Origin: Parasitella parasitica NRRL 2501
Lineage: Eukaryota > Fungi > Mucoromycota
NCBI GenBank assembly: GCA_025201805.1
Contig: MU619263.1
Coordinates: forward strand, 133,715-197,714
DNA length: 64,000 nucleotides
Direction of reading: 5' to 3'
Position numbers and translations under genes: made by a program. The number at the start of each line of letters is the position of its first letter. The first letter of the stretch is position 1. This document shows positions 1-15,118 of the stretch, piece by piece. Under the pieces are notes generated by a model. The model was not told where the DNA came from and did not search any database. It worked only from the letters and a program-made list of their open reading frames with translations.

Positions 1-445
1 ATATAAAGGTTCATCTACCTGGCCAGTAGATGAACGGGAGCTTTATACACCTGTCGATTTGATAATAAAACCTATACCTTTATCAAGTTGACTTTATTGT
101 TTTTTTATGATTTTTTTCCGTGAATCCATATAACTTATACCGATTATTCCACAATAAGACTCAAATGTCATGCATAGTCAACTCATTTATTCGAGTTCGC
201 ATAACATATAAAATCTTATAAATCAAAAAGCATTACAAATACAATTTAAGACCTTATCAATGAATGTCGTGTGAAGGAAGACACTCCTGATCAAAGTGCT
301 TTCCCTTACATAATAAACATTCAGAATAAGAATAAATGATGACAAAGATATTAGTTATGACAGCTCGTCATTCAATGAGTTTTCCCCATCATTCTAGGTA
401 AGGATATTCTTCACACAGTAACTAAAATATGACGATAGTCATCCT

Positions 446-1588
446 CACACGGCCAACTAATGTTACCAAAATCTCTATCAATGGTAAAAGCATCTCAGCA
501 TGATTTGCTCCTCCTCAAAACCTAAATTAAACAACGACAAATTAAAGCATTGACTCTCGGATCAATACTTTATTCATGAGAACCGAGATACGACAATTCA
601 AATCCTATAAATACAAAATGTTTTTCTCAAGCTAAAACTTCGGTATACTTTCATAAAAAAAGAACCCCAAACTTAATTATAATTGTCATTTTACAACGGT
701 TTTATTTCTATATTTTATTTTTATTTTCGTAAATCTGTCAAATCTACTGCAGGTATATCATAGATACAGAACAAATATTTATGGACTTGTTTATAGGCAA
801 GATCTTTGAGTATATATATGGGTAAATAAAATATATTTATTAAAGTTTATATCTCGAAATTGACATTAAAGTTGTACAGTCAAGTGGATAAACCAATATA
901 CAGATCCTATTCTATGTGCGAAATTACTAGCATAAAAAAATATAAAATACTTTTAAAACTGTTATTTATTTTTTAGATGAAGATATTCAAGATACCATTT
1001 AAAACCTATCTTTTTATACTAGTTTCACAAGGATAAATGTGTATGGATATGGAGCTAAATTATAGTGGATTATTCATTAAGGACGTCTTGGCAGCAAAGA
1101 TTGAGAAAGAGAGAGCCTATTGCAGATTTTACGAGTGTTGGAGTTGCTTCTACTTGTTCTGGATATTGGATTATTTATTCTTGAATCCATGCTAGCCTGG
1201 TCTTGATAATGATTGTGATCTTTATAGAAAATTCTTGGATAATTTGAAGTTCATATTCATAATCTTATTTACAAATTCTTTTTATGTGATAGCTCAGTTT
1301 GTACTGATCTATAACACTATGACACTGATAATTTTATGCAAATTCCTACCAGTGATAAATGCATTCAGCATAATCATCTTCCTATAAAACCTAAATCAAA
1401 GAACTCTTGATTTCCAGATCAATACTCAATTCGCGAGAACTGACATACAACAAGCGAATTCCATTCTTCAAAATACCAAGATATTTTCTTGTATTGAAAC
1501 CTCATTAGATGGGAACCCAAACTTCATTGCAACTGTTATTTTTAAAAAGCTTCATTTTTATTTCGTAAATTTTTCAAATTTAACGCAG
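446..1588 (+). repeat. Degenerate direct repeat pair (~446-752 and ~1322-1588)
   Basis: Collinear matching blocks: gcatctcagcat/gcattcagcat, aaaacctaaat in both, gatcaatact in both, gaaccccaaactt/gaacccaaactt, ttttcgtaaat/tttcgtaaat, and the ends aaatctactgcag/aaatttaacgcag. Boundaries are approximate. Confidence 0.6.
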
Positions 1589-3365
1589 TGCGAACTATAA
1601 CAAAGGTTTTACTATCTAGGATTTGTAGAGTGTGTACATCAGGATTACCGAGATAATTTACCTCAGGCCGTAATACTTAAGATGACACCTTGTATGAAAG
1701 ACCCATTGGATAACCTTGATATAGATAACCTTGAGATAACACAGTTTTTGAAAGACATTTAACGATTTTTATCTACTCACTCTCACTACTTTTTAAAGCG
1801 ATAGAAAAGATCACGATTAATATAAGCGGGCATGAGCCATTCAAAAAAGCGAGTTTATTGCCGTAAAAAGGGGACAACAGAGGATGATTGAATCTAACGA
1901 AAATGGAAAAATAATACAGACTATTGATTTATTATCAGATACAAAATCGAAGATTTTATTAATTTTTAAATCTACGTGGGTCAATCTGAAAATAACACCA
2001 TTTGATCATGTTGGACATTTGCTTGCCAAACAACAAGATTATAATACTCAGTATTAGCTTGAGCAAGACCTATTTATATTTATTCAGCTAATGATCAATG
2101 GTCCTATTTTCAATATAGTCTAAAAATAATAAGCAGAATCAATGGTCCCTTATACGATTCGTTTAGTTAACCCTAACATTACCATCGACAGTTAACCTTT
2201 GATCCGATCAAGAACGGTTGTCATGACAACTGAGTTGAAAATAATGATAACCAGTGTATTCTATGGATACAACACACACGTTACATTTGCCAGTATCAAG
2301 ACCTAATACTTGCAGAAAATGTCTATCCCAAACAATTTCTGCAAATTACATTTAACTTCATTGTGTTTTTGAATTTATATCATTATTAAGGCTTTTGGCA
2401 ATACCAGCTCTATTATTAATGAAGAAACGACTTGCTTTCGTGGCGGCAAGGTGTACTCTTCATTAATATTTACTAAACAAAACCACTTTGGCTAATGTGT
2501 TATCTAGATCTTGAGCGGCCCATACTATCATCATCACTTTCGGCTGTGTTGGTAATCTGCTTAAATTGGTTGAAAAAAAACTTTTGACGTGGATGAGATA
2601 ATAAGGATGGAAGACTCCTTAGTACCTCCAGTTGTTTTTACATCATTGCGCGACAACTAAGAGGATGCCAATTAAATATATACTCTCATTGGGAGCATCA
2701 GTGCAATAAAAAATTGTGCATCCTTAGCATTCGCTAACTGTCTGGATGTCCCTGTCATCAGGCATGAAATTTCCTCAGATATACGTGCACAATCAAGCTC
2801 AACTTTTATGCTTAACTTGAGGACGCAAACCAACCGATTTGGACCATTATTTCATTGTTATCTACAGACAAAAAGCTAAATCAAAGATTTATTGGTATAA
2901 AATCCTGCTTCTCACTGATGGAGAGGACTTCACTAAACATCCTGCATTTAGTGTTAAACAAGCATCAAGGCAAGTCCAACCAGTGTGCCAAGGATGAATG
3001 CGCAGCAGTATTTCACAGAAGAGTCTTTTTCTTTTTGTGAGCAATAACTAATGGTAAGATTCAAACGGGTTAAAAGGAGCACATTGGGTATTGGAGTAAA
3101 TATTAAAACCTTTCTGAAATAGACATTCATCATATTCCAAATGCTTGTTGAATAAAACTCTCAACCGATTCGAATCGTTGCATGCAGTTGCAAGATTTCT
3201 AGATTCCGTAACAACTTTGTGAAACGACAAATTAGCCATTTTGCCCAAACAATCAAGGAGTTTGTTTAATTATTTGGCCACTTTCCCAGTTCCCGTTTAA
3301 TTTTAACGTTTTGTTTCCGTACCAACTAACCGGCAAACAAAAACACAACTGACATTTCCCAAGAG

Positions 3366-6300
3366 ATGTTGGAGGCATCACAAACAGAGAAAGAGCCACA
3401 GACAGCAGCGGCAAGTACAATTTTCATGTAAAACATAGCAAATAATTTTTAACCTTTTCTTTTAGACAGCTGAAGCTGCAGCAAATATAGCGAGGTACTC
3501 CATATCCTCGTTAGCTAGCAGCATCTATTACAATTGCGAAAAACATATATATTTGCTATCAAAATCAGCAAAGCAAAGCGGCAGCAATGAGAGCATGAAA
3601 AGAGACGAATCCACCAAGGAGGCGCATTGCGAACGAGGCAATGAGTTTGAAGAGAAATTGTTTGAGCGCCACAGATCCAATATGGTGGATCACAGTAAAA
3701 CAAAAGACTTTAAACAAGCACTGAAAGACGCAGAACCAGGCAAATACCTGTATCAACTCAAATGCTCCCTTCCCGAGTCGTTCTACAAGGACGTCATTCG
3801 AAATACCACTTCTTATCGCATCAATAATTTTATACCAGACTTTCTGTACATCCGACTTGATCCAGTAAGCAACATTCGCAAGATCTTCATTATCGACGCC
3901 AAGGCGTCTAAAAAGGTTTCCAACTCTCATCAGTTTCAAGTGTCTTCTTACGCGTTCTTTTTGTCGTACTTGATTTTAGACATACAGAATCTCGAGCTGG
4001 ATGAGTTGGGCGGTGTTTGGCTTCCTTCTAACATGGCTGCTCCGGAACAGTTTCGAATCGACTTTGTGCTCAACAAGATCAAATACATGTACATTGATAC
4101 GCTTGTAGGCATATCAGGAAACCACAACCCAGAATGGGTGATGGGTAGCAAATGCGAGTCTTGTTCCTTTTTGAAGCGCTGCAAGTCAGATGCGGCGGGC
4201 ACTGTGAGATCGATACCCTATATGAACGAAGAAAAGGCAAAACAACTCAAGTGTAACAGCATGGTGGATATCGAAGATCTCTCGGACTTGCTGAATAATC
4301 TTAGCATTGACGGTTCTGCAAAGGATGCCACTTTGCGACAACGACCACAGCAACCACAGCAACCACAGCAACCACAGCAGCAACCACAGCAGCAACCACA
4401 GCCGCGAGCATTGACAGGCTATGAAGACTATGTCCATGCCTACAACGACCATCAACCTAGATTTATGGGATATGCGTCTGTCCACACGGCGCAAGTCATA
4501 GATCATGCAATCTACATCTATCTGCAAATAGACAACTACTCTCAACGTCCCTTTGTATATGGCATACAAGTGGTTGATGAGCAAACCAAGGAAAGGGTTA
4601 CAGAGCATTATTATACCATTGATTACCAGGAGAATTTGCTTGATGAGTTGGATGTTTACGGCAAATTTGCCAAACGGTTTGTGTCTGACCTAGCCCAAGT
4701 GCTGCATATGATGGATCAGCAGAATTCAAAATGTCTATTTTACGTATACGACGGCCAAGAAAAGAAGCAAATCCAAAGGTTTCTCTACGACGTGGTTATG
4801 CACAGTAGCCACGACTTGAGGAGCCTTCAGAAGGATGAAAAGAAAAAGATCATCTCAGACGCAATGCAATGCTTGGTTGTGCTTTTCCAGGACACCAAGT
4901 TGCTTGGGCTTCCTGGCATTGTGCAGTTGCCCGATATGGATGATTTACCCAAGACTAGCTTTGTAGGGAGGTTCACTAGCATCGAACAACTGCTGCAACA
5001 AAATATTGCATTGGGCGTCTCTGGGTACTATGGGCTTTTGGATGCTGTTGAATGGATGACCAACATGAATGCGGATTACGCTGATAGCGATGCCGATACA
5101 AAAGAGGATGAGCTTGTGCAAGCTTTGAATGGACTCGACCTCAACGAGATTTACACACACTGGAAGACTCCAGGTAACGACAGCGCTTGTGCGACTGAAC
5201 TCCTGGTTTCAAAGCGTTTCATATGGCTGCAGGAGATCATGTCGACTTATTGGCGTTTAGCAATCGACTACATGACAACCACACGAACAGAGTTATTTCC
5301 ATTAACATGCAAGCCCTTTAAATGGCCATCACTCAAGAAATTCAACAACCAAATACTGGCAAAGCTGGTGTTCTTTAAACAGTTGGAGTGCATCAAGTCG
5401 TGCGACGAGGTGCGTATGGATCGCATCCGAGATTTGTCCAAGCTGGAACATCATGTCAGCGTCAACGAAACAAGCTTGGGAGGCCTTGTGCTGGAGTACG
5501 AATATGGTGTAGGCCAAGATTTTGATTACGAGCATACATTTTCAGTGAGTCCTTTACTAAACGGGCCTCATGTGCAGCAAAAAATAGATAGTCTAAAGAT
5601 GGACAAGTTCAAGCAGTACATTCTAGTTCCTGACGACCGAGATGGCATTATATCGACTATTGTGTATCCGGATTTGCAATACAAGGAAGCAGGTATAAAC
5701 GCAAGAGACTGCCTGCATTGAAGCTCTAAAAAGTCCATGTATATATTTATATAGGCACATTCCAGAAAAAGTCTATTCGTTGCGTTGATATCAAAGCGGT
5801 GCGCGGGAGCCAGGTCGTTGTTAGCACTTACAACATAAAGAAAAGCATCCGGCGATGGAGACTGTACAAACGATTTACAGACTACACTGTGAACCGATGT
5901 ACCAGGACTCTGATGGACCTGGACAAAGATCAGGATGGAGAGGGACTAACTGATGCCATGGAGCTCATCAAAGACCCTAATGCATGGTCTATGAAGAATG
6001 CGGCAAACAATGACCATATTAACTTTAGCACCAACACAGCAGCGCAGAAGCTACTTGATGACTTTGCCATGTCTCCTTCACAAAAGGATATTTCAGCCAG
6101 TATATTCGAGAGACGCTTGCAGATTGTATGGGGACCGCCGGTAAGCTTGACAACTGCACACTAACCTCACCCTCAGCGCGCGCACACACACACACACGCT
6201 CACCTCCTTAATGTATTATCTTACAGGGATCTGGAAAAACAGAATTTTTGGCTTTGTTTATCAACTGGTACATCAAATGCTTCATTGATCAGCATGCAAA

Positions 6301-7830
6301 CAAGGGCAAAGATTTAATGATTGGAGTTACTGCTTTCACACGTGAGGCCATCGTGAACCTGCTGAAACGCGTTGAAAAAGTGCAGCGGCATCATGGATTG
6401 GATGCCTTGTTTTCAATCGTGTACGTGAATAAGGACGGCGGCGATGCGCTCAAGGACTCCAACATTGTGTGTGTGGAATGGAAGGATTCCATCAAGAATA
6501 TCAACAGGCTGAAAAAGTCAACATCCGTCAAAATTTACGTTGTGGGTGCCACAGTGTGGGGATGGGATAGGATCCGAAATACCTGGAAGCGCTTCAAGCA
6601 AAAGGGGTGCGACATTATGATTCTTGACGAAAGCACGCAGGTGAGTGTATAAGTTGAAGACATGTAATAGCGCGTAGCTTATAATGAACCTCCTCCTTAC
6701 AGCTGCTCGTTTCGGATGCCATCTTGGCTATTGCCTGCCTGTCTAAACCCGCTGGCAAGCTAATTGTCGCAGGAGATCATATGGTAAACTACAAATTCGT
6801 CTTATATTCACGCTATTGGGTGTATGCTAATTCCTCGCATTGCATATACAACAGCAACTTGGACCTATTGTTAAGAACGATTACTCGGATATCCCGTCTT
6901 CTTTGGACAACCCGTTATTATACGGCTCTATCCAACAGTGCTTGATGCGTACGAGCGAAAATCATGCAATTCCTACCCGGGAATTCCTCTTGCAGATGGG
7001 TGCATTGCATGACTTTGGACCAAATACGCTCCAGCTCAAAGATAACTGGCGAATGGTACGCACCAACATGACACACACGCAGTGAAGCCCATGCTAACAT
7101 TTTACTCTAGAATGCAGAGCTGAATAGCTTCTTCCAGCAAATTTACGGCCGCGACTATACATCCAGGTTCCCAGAGGCCAAATTACAGCTTGACTGGGCC
7201 AAACCGCAACAGCACCGCCATGCTGACTTGATCCAGGCAATACTGGATCCGTTGAAATCAATCTCTTTAGTCAAGCTCCAGCAATCCAGCCATCCAAACG
7301 CAGTTGAGAACGAGGCCAACATAGTCCAGCAGCTCGTGGCAGCATACCTGGACACCAAAACAGCAGACCAACCCAGTGTCATGATTGTCACACCTCATCA
7401 CCAGCAGCGCATTGCTATCCAAAAGAAGCTAAACATGCTGTCGAATGCCACAATCCCTGTGGACACAGTAGAGAAGATGCAAGGCCAGGAATGTGAGCTA
7501 ATCATTGCTTGTTTTTCGTGCACAAACAACAAGAGGCCGAGGAATAATGAATTTCTACGCGACTTTAGACGATGGAATGTAGCACTGTCACGAGCAAGGT
7601 CATTATTATTGCCATTCTTGATTTAATTTGTACATAACTAACAGCAGAATGCCTCATTCTACTACAGAACCAAGGTCGTTGTCCTCACAGTAGAAGAGCT
7701 GTTGAATCCAAATCCTGCCCAGGGCATTCTAGCGTCTTTCCACCAGCCCTTTGAGCCAACTGATGGCTACGCTTTGCTATGCCTGTTGCAAGTTTGGGCC
7801 AAGAATAAGGATTCCATGTGGACCATCTAG
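3366..7830 (+). CDS. Multi-exon Cas4/RecB-like PD-(D/E)XK nuclease with Fe-S cysteines, fused to a Upf1/Dna2-like SF1 helicase (~1250 aa)
   Basis: ATG at 3366, then a GC-AG intron (3411-3465) in frame with ORF 3553. Nuclease motifs: SISSL..YYNCEK, FIPDFL, IIDAKAS, HQFQVSSY, CESCSFLKRC. Helicase motifs assembled across exons: MSPSQ, WGPP|GSGKT, ILDESTQ, GDHM|QLGP, NWRM, TVEKMQGQE, WNVALSRAR. The last exon ends ...DSMWTI* at 7830. Confidence 0.85.
4344..4401 (+). repeat. Coding tandem repeat (accacagca/accacagcagca) encoding a PQQ/PQQQ linker
   Basis: The 9- and 12-bp units are directly visible inside the nuclease-helicase gene. Confidence 0.9.
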
Positions 7831-8174
7831 TTTGTTTGTGTTTGCCTTTTTCTTTCAATAAGGTTTGAGTGTTTCTAGAACTGATCGCTGTTTCTTCCGT
7901 CGCAAGTAGAGCATATACATATATACATTTATATAGATATATATAACGTCCTTTTGGCTTAATCCAATGCATGTATGTACAACATTGGCGCGCGCAAGTG
8001 GGTATATGTGTATAATTTATTTTATTGAAATAAAACAAAAAGGCATATATATTGTGTTGAGAAAAAAAGAAATAGACATATGTTGATTTTGTTGTTGTTA
8101 TCGCTGCGAGGGCTTAATAACAGTTGTATGCTTCAGGACAGAGATCTACTCTACTCTATATATCTATATCAACG

Positions 8175-10077
<1,903 letters not shown>

Positions 10078-10420
10078 TTTAATCTATTTTATGTATATAT
10101 ATTACAAAGAAGAAAAATTGTCTGAAGAAAAGAGAAAAGAAAGAGGTAAAGACACAAGAATTAGACAGCTTTTAATGTATAATGTCGCTGTCCATGTAAT
10201 TTATATATGTATATATCGAGTAAAGTAAAAAAAAAAATCGAGTATCAGCATATGAAAGGGGTGCGTATGAGCCTATCTCACTCTTTCTTGGAAATCAGGT
10301 GCCTCACTGGAATCATTTGCGTATGAACCGTACTGTTAGTAAATGACGTGGTTTAGGTATCAGCCTTCTTTAACAACATTGATTTTCATGGTGGTTAGAA
10401 AAAAGGAATCAAAGGAAACA

Positions 10421-10423
<3 letters not shown>

Positions 10424-10501
<78 letters not shown>
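10424..10501 (+). repeat. Poly(A) homopolymer, ~78 nt, upstream of the forkhead gene
   Basis: Directly visible. The length may be an assembly artefact. Confidence 0.9.
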
Positions 10502-10502
<1 letters not shown>

Positions 10503-11457
10503 GAGCATTGCAGAAAAACCTTAATCATTTTCCATGTATCAATCATGAACATTTGCTTTCTTGTATTCTCCATTCAATTGTGCGCCTGAATAAAGAAAGT
10601 ATTAAATAACTCATATCTTTTCAACCATTTTTCATCGAAATATGAGTATGACAAGCTGCTTAATTACCATATGTAATGTAGTTTAGTATTTGGGGCTTCA
10701 AACCTTACATATTGTATGCACCATGTTATATATATCCAAGTTGAGTTATTTCCCTCTTGGGTTATATGTATGATGGTGGCTATTGTGTCCCTTGTTTTTT
10801 TTTTTTTTTTTGCCGTGTGTATTCTGGGCACCCTCCGTGCTCTTTTTCTCTATCGCTCCATGTCTCTCGCAGGCAAAGAAGATGTATAGTATGGATAAAA
10901 ATCTGTCTGCAAAGTTGAAGATCCAGACATCGCATTCAGTGAAGCCTTATTTTCAATGCTGTTGAGAAACGAACTGATAGGATTCCTCTTTGCCTCAATT
11001 TGGTAAATTTAAAGTGTTTCATCTCTTTTTTTTTGGGGGGGGGGGAAAGGCGAGAGAATGAACGGATTCTTCTTAATGGGTTTATTAATGTTGTTTTTTT
11101 CGTTTAAATCATAATCTAGTCAAACATTTTCAGATGGGATACGATTGACAACATTGTCATTGGTATAGTGCGAATCTGTATTTTCTTTTTTTTTTTTCCA
11201 GTCTTGTTAGTATACAGCATCCAGGACGAACGATGATCGCTTATTAGCACCTGACGCCCTACAGCTCAACCTTTTTTAAGTTGAGGATTTTCAATATTTT
11301 AGGCGTAGAAGAAAATTGTGTTACATGGGGACTCAAGCATATCAGAACGGAAAGCATTCCGTGCTTCTTCTTCTTCTCGTCACTATATACGCCTTGTTGC
11401 ATGCAAAAAGTACATCACATGTTATGTCAAAGAAAAATCTACAAGTTTATTATAAAA

Positions 11458-13072
11458 TTATTTCTGCTCTTCGTTGGAGGCAGCAGGAGGGGGTGGTGCT
11501 AAAGGCTGGCCTGAGGCAGCTTGTGTCATCATATCCCAAACAGACATTTTCATTTCCTTCATCATCTGCATCTGCCTCTCCATGTCCTGCGCCATGGCCT
11601 CCTCTTGGCTTTTCTTTTGCTGCTCGAATTCAGAGGCAAACGTCTCTCTAACATGCTTTCTCATCTGCTCCAGATAGGTGGGTGGCGGCCCCTCCACTTG
11701 AGCAGCAGCTCCACCTCCACCCAAAATCGAGCCCAGGTTGCGAGATGTCTTCTTTTTGGCCTGCTCCTCCTCCCATTGCAGTCTGTGCATCTTGTTCATC
11801 TCCTGCTCGCGCTTGGCCCATTCGACAGGAATATACTGTCCTTCAAAGCTCTTCAGTACGGGTCGGATATCCTCAGGAGTGGTCAAAGCAACCGCTGTTA
11901 ACACGAAAAACAAACAAAGATATAAACAAAGATTTCCCTGCGTTATCACAAAATGGGGTATTTACCTTCCAAGAAAGGAATATATTCCAAAAGGCCTTGA
12001 TCGTTGACCTGTCCCTTCCAAGGCTTCAATGCAATACCGTTTTCGGGTTGCAGGCTAAATGAATCGGGGTTAGAGTCCATGATGATCACCTTGCTCAAAT
12101 CACGGTTCAGATGCGACAAATCCTTGACATATTTTCCGTCAACGTAGCGGGTAGCTTCGCGGTAGAGTCTGTACATGGCGTATTGGTAAGGATCAAGCTT
12201 ATCTAAAAGCGGCATGGCGTTCATAGATGATTGAGAGGTGAAAATGACAATTTCGTAAAATTGCGAAAGGTATGAGAGGAAATAGTCTACGCCGGGTCTC
12301 TTTGCATGGCGCCAGCCGTGTTCTTTCTATATGTAAGGTTAAATAACCTCTCTTTCTCTCTCTCTCTACCTTGCAGCTTTTACTCTACACCCAACTTACA
12401 TCCCAAGTCGAGTATACTAGTGTCTCGTCCAGATTGATGACCAATGTGTAGGCACGACGGTAAGGCTCGGGCAAAGGCTCAGGAAGGAGCTTATCCCACA
12501 TGGGCTCATTCATTCCCTGTCCGTAAACGAATCAGCCTCCGTTCAGAGTCGTCAACTGCCCTGCTTACCTGTTGAAATTCATGGAAACGATCAAGACAGC
12601 GCTTATAAGCAGCAGAAATGGCATTGTCTTTGACATACTACGCATGCAAACCATCAGCGCCCTCCCCTCAATCAACAACCCGTGTTAATCAATGCACTTA
12701 CCTTGTCTTCCCTGCCGTCCTCAAAGGGTCGACCTGTGCAAAAACAACAATCAGTCCAGAAACCATTTGATATCCTCAAAGAGAAAGCCACATACCATAA
12801 TAAAACAAACCGCCAAGGGCAAGGCCCGTAATAGCACCAGCAGTCAAGGCAATCTCTTTGTAGTTGTTGCCTTTTTCTCCCTTTGCCTTTGTGGGCTTTT
12901 TGTCACCTTTCGGGAGTGTAGCTCTACCCTTGGTTGCAGAGCCCGTCTTTTGTGCAAGAGCTTCCTCGGCTAATTTGTGAGCTGACGACGAGCTGGGCGC
13001 TTCGCTGGTGTAGCTTCTTTTCAATGCTGCTGTTGCAGTCCTTTGTAATCTTTTTGCTGTTTGACGAAGCAT
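11458..13072 (-). CDS. TIM50: Mitochondrial inner membrane translocase subunit Tim50
   Basis: Arg-rich presequence [11 protein letters not shown], one TM segment, and a NIF/FCP1-like domain ([40 protein letters not shown]). Multiple short introns. Confidence 0.93.
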
Positions 13073-13995
13073 AACTAGGCAATTATAAAAAGAGAGAGAG
13101 AGAAAGAATTATGCTGATAGGCAGTGGCTTGTTTTTTTTTACACGCAAACTCTTTATTAATAGGGGCCAGTTGCGCAAACCAGGGTATAGACTGCCAATT
13201 AGATTTTTTCTCCGGCAAATACTCTTTAGGCCATCATCATCAAAGCATACTTGTAGGCTTTCAGATCAGCAGCTCTTTGCGATGCTGATAAAATCTAAGG
13301 CGTTCAATTTGTACAGTATGTATCAGGAACATATATGTGGCTATAAAGATCGGTAGCGAAAGAAGCCGATGGATTTTTTTTTTGCAATGTTGCTAGAGCT
13401 GGCTGTTATTTCCTGGAAATTGCAATGCGTGCCAACAATGCAATCTACACAGAGCAAAGTGACTAAAGAGTTATAGCGGAAGACTAGTGTCTAGTAAAGA
13501 CAGGGCGATGGACACTGTCATAAAGATGCGACATTGCAGAACTAGAAGGATAGCTTGCATGACATTAACATGGTATTGAAATATTAATATTTCCGTTCGC
13601 CTCATGAACTTCAAGTTTTTTGAGTTACAAATCATACAATTCAGCGCATCGCATCTCATCAGTGCAAAATGACATCTTTTATACACATTGACAGCGTTTG
13701 TAGTACCACTGAGCCTCTATACGCCAGATATTTGACTTTGATCTAGGTGTTGTTGGGTTTGTCTCGCAGGTTCTGCTTCAAACGGTGATTTGCTTTGATT
13801 GAATATGTCTGATGTTGCAACGTCAGATCTATCATTTATATGAGACATGTTGAACGCTGTCCTGTGTTCAGTTTGAGATTCTTGATTAATACAGAAAGCA
13901 AAGACCTAAAAGTGTAAAAGGTAAAGCACAAATGCATTTTTCCCAAAAAAAAATGGCCTTGCAATGTTGTTGACTTTTGTGGGTTTTTTTGGCTT

Positions 13996-14045
13996 NNNNN
14001 NNNNNNNNNNNNNNNNNNNNNNNNNNNNNNNNNNNNNNNNNNNNN
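13996..14045. other. Assembly gap (N run)
   Basis: Run of n characters. Confidence 1.
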
Positions 14046-15118
14046 AAAAAAAATTACTATTTGTGCCTAAAGACAAGCATTTTCAATATCAAGATAACCT
14101 ACAGGAATGAATGTTTCATATCTATAGCTTAGTGACAAGGCACCCATTTTGGGGAACAAACTGAATTTGATTACTCATGGAATAGGTTCAAGTGATAAAA
14201 TAGGCCTATTCCTATGATTTCGCAAAAAGTCCAGTACATTTTGTGCGGTTTTGCAGTTCGTAAAAGAGGCGATAAGTAGCTCTCAAGAACGGTGTATCCG
14301 CATGCAGGAGAGAAATGCGGTAATAAGCGAAAAGCACATGGCTCATTATATCGAGCTTATGATTAGACATTCAATGAGCAAGCTCTATGCGCATGCTAAT
14401 CTGATTGCGCAATTTCGTTGAAAAGCACTTTGCTATGGACTTGAGATCTGTGGTTAAAAAACATGCCTTGCCCTCACAACGCTCGTGGGATTTGTTGTTG
14501 CCACGCGGCATGTATTCGTTTTCCATACATGTGTGCGCAATAAAAGCTGTTGGTGTCAAATGTATATGATATTATGTGCCTATGCATGGCTCAAGAAGAC
14601 ACCACAGTTACCGTAATGTCATATGTTTTATACATGTCGCCCGACAAAAGAAGGCTTTGTTTGGTATAAGATACGAATCTCATAATTCCGCCTACACATG
14701 ATAAAAAAAGACCCTCGGCTATTAATGGAATGGAGAAAAAAAAATGGACGTGCTTGCTTGGTCTCTGTGCTCTCTCTCTCCTCTCTCCCCCCTCCCTTTG
14801 GGTGATATGAAATGTATTAACGCATATGTAAACACACAAACGTGTATATTAAAAAAAAAAAAAAAGATACATAATTTCTCTGCATAATTTAAACAAATAC
14901 GACAACACATATCTCATGTAAATCTAATGTGTATCGTCATTTGGCAAATCGTTTTAAATGCAACTGTACATTTCCTGGAGAGTTCTTGTTTGTTTAAACA
15001 TAATTTATACAACACCAGTGTTGTGAAAGGGAATATTTGCATTTTTCCTGCTTCTTCTCTTCTCTACCAGACTCACATACACACACACACGCAGAGAGAG
15101 ACTCAAAGAGAGAAAATC

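Noticed and set aside
2400-3250. Broken minus-strand coding-like sequence upstream of the nuclease-helicase
   Set aside because: It has multiple stops and no motif I can assign. It may be a relic but cannot be supported.
3553-4200. Cas4-like domain as evidence of a CRISPR-Cas locus
   Set aside because: The gene is eukaryotic and contains introns, and there are no cas1/cas2 genes or repeat-spacer array in the window.
10343-10609. 88-aa poly-Lys ORF
   Set aside because: It is produced by the poly(A) homopolymer and has no other coding signal.
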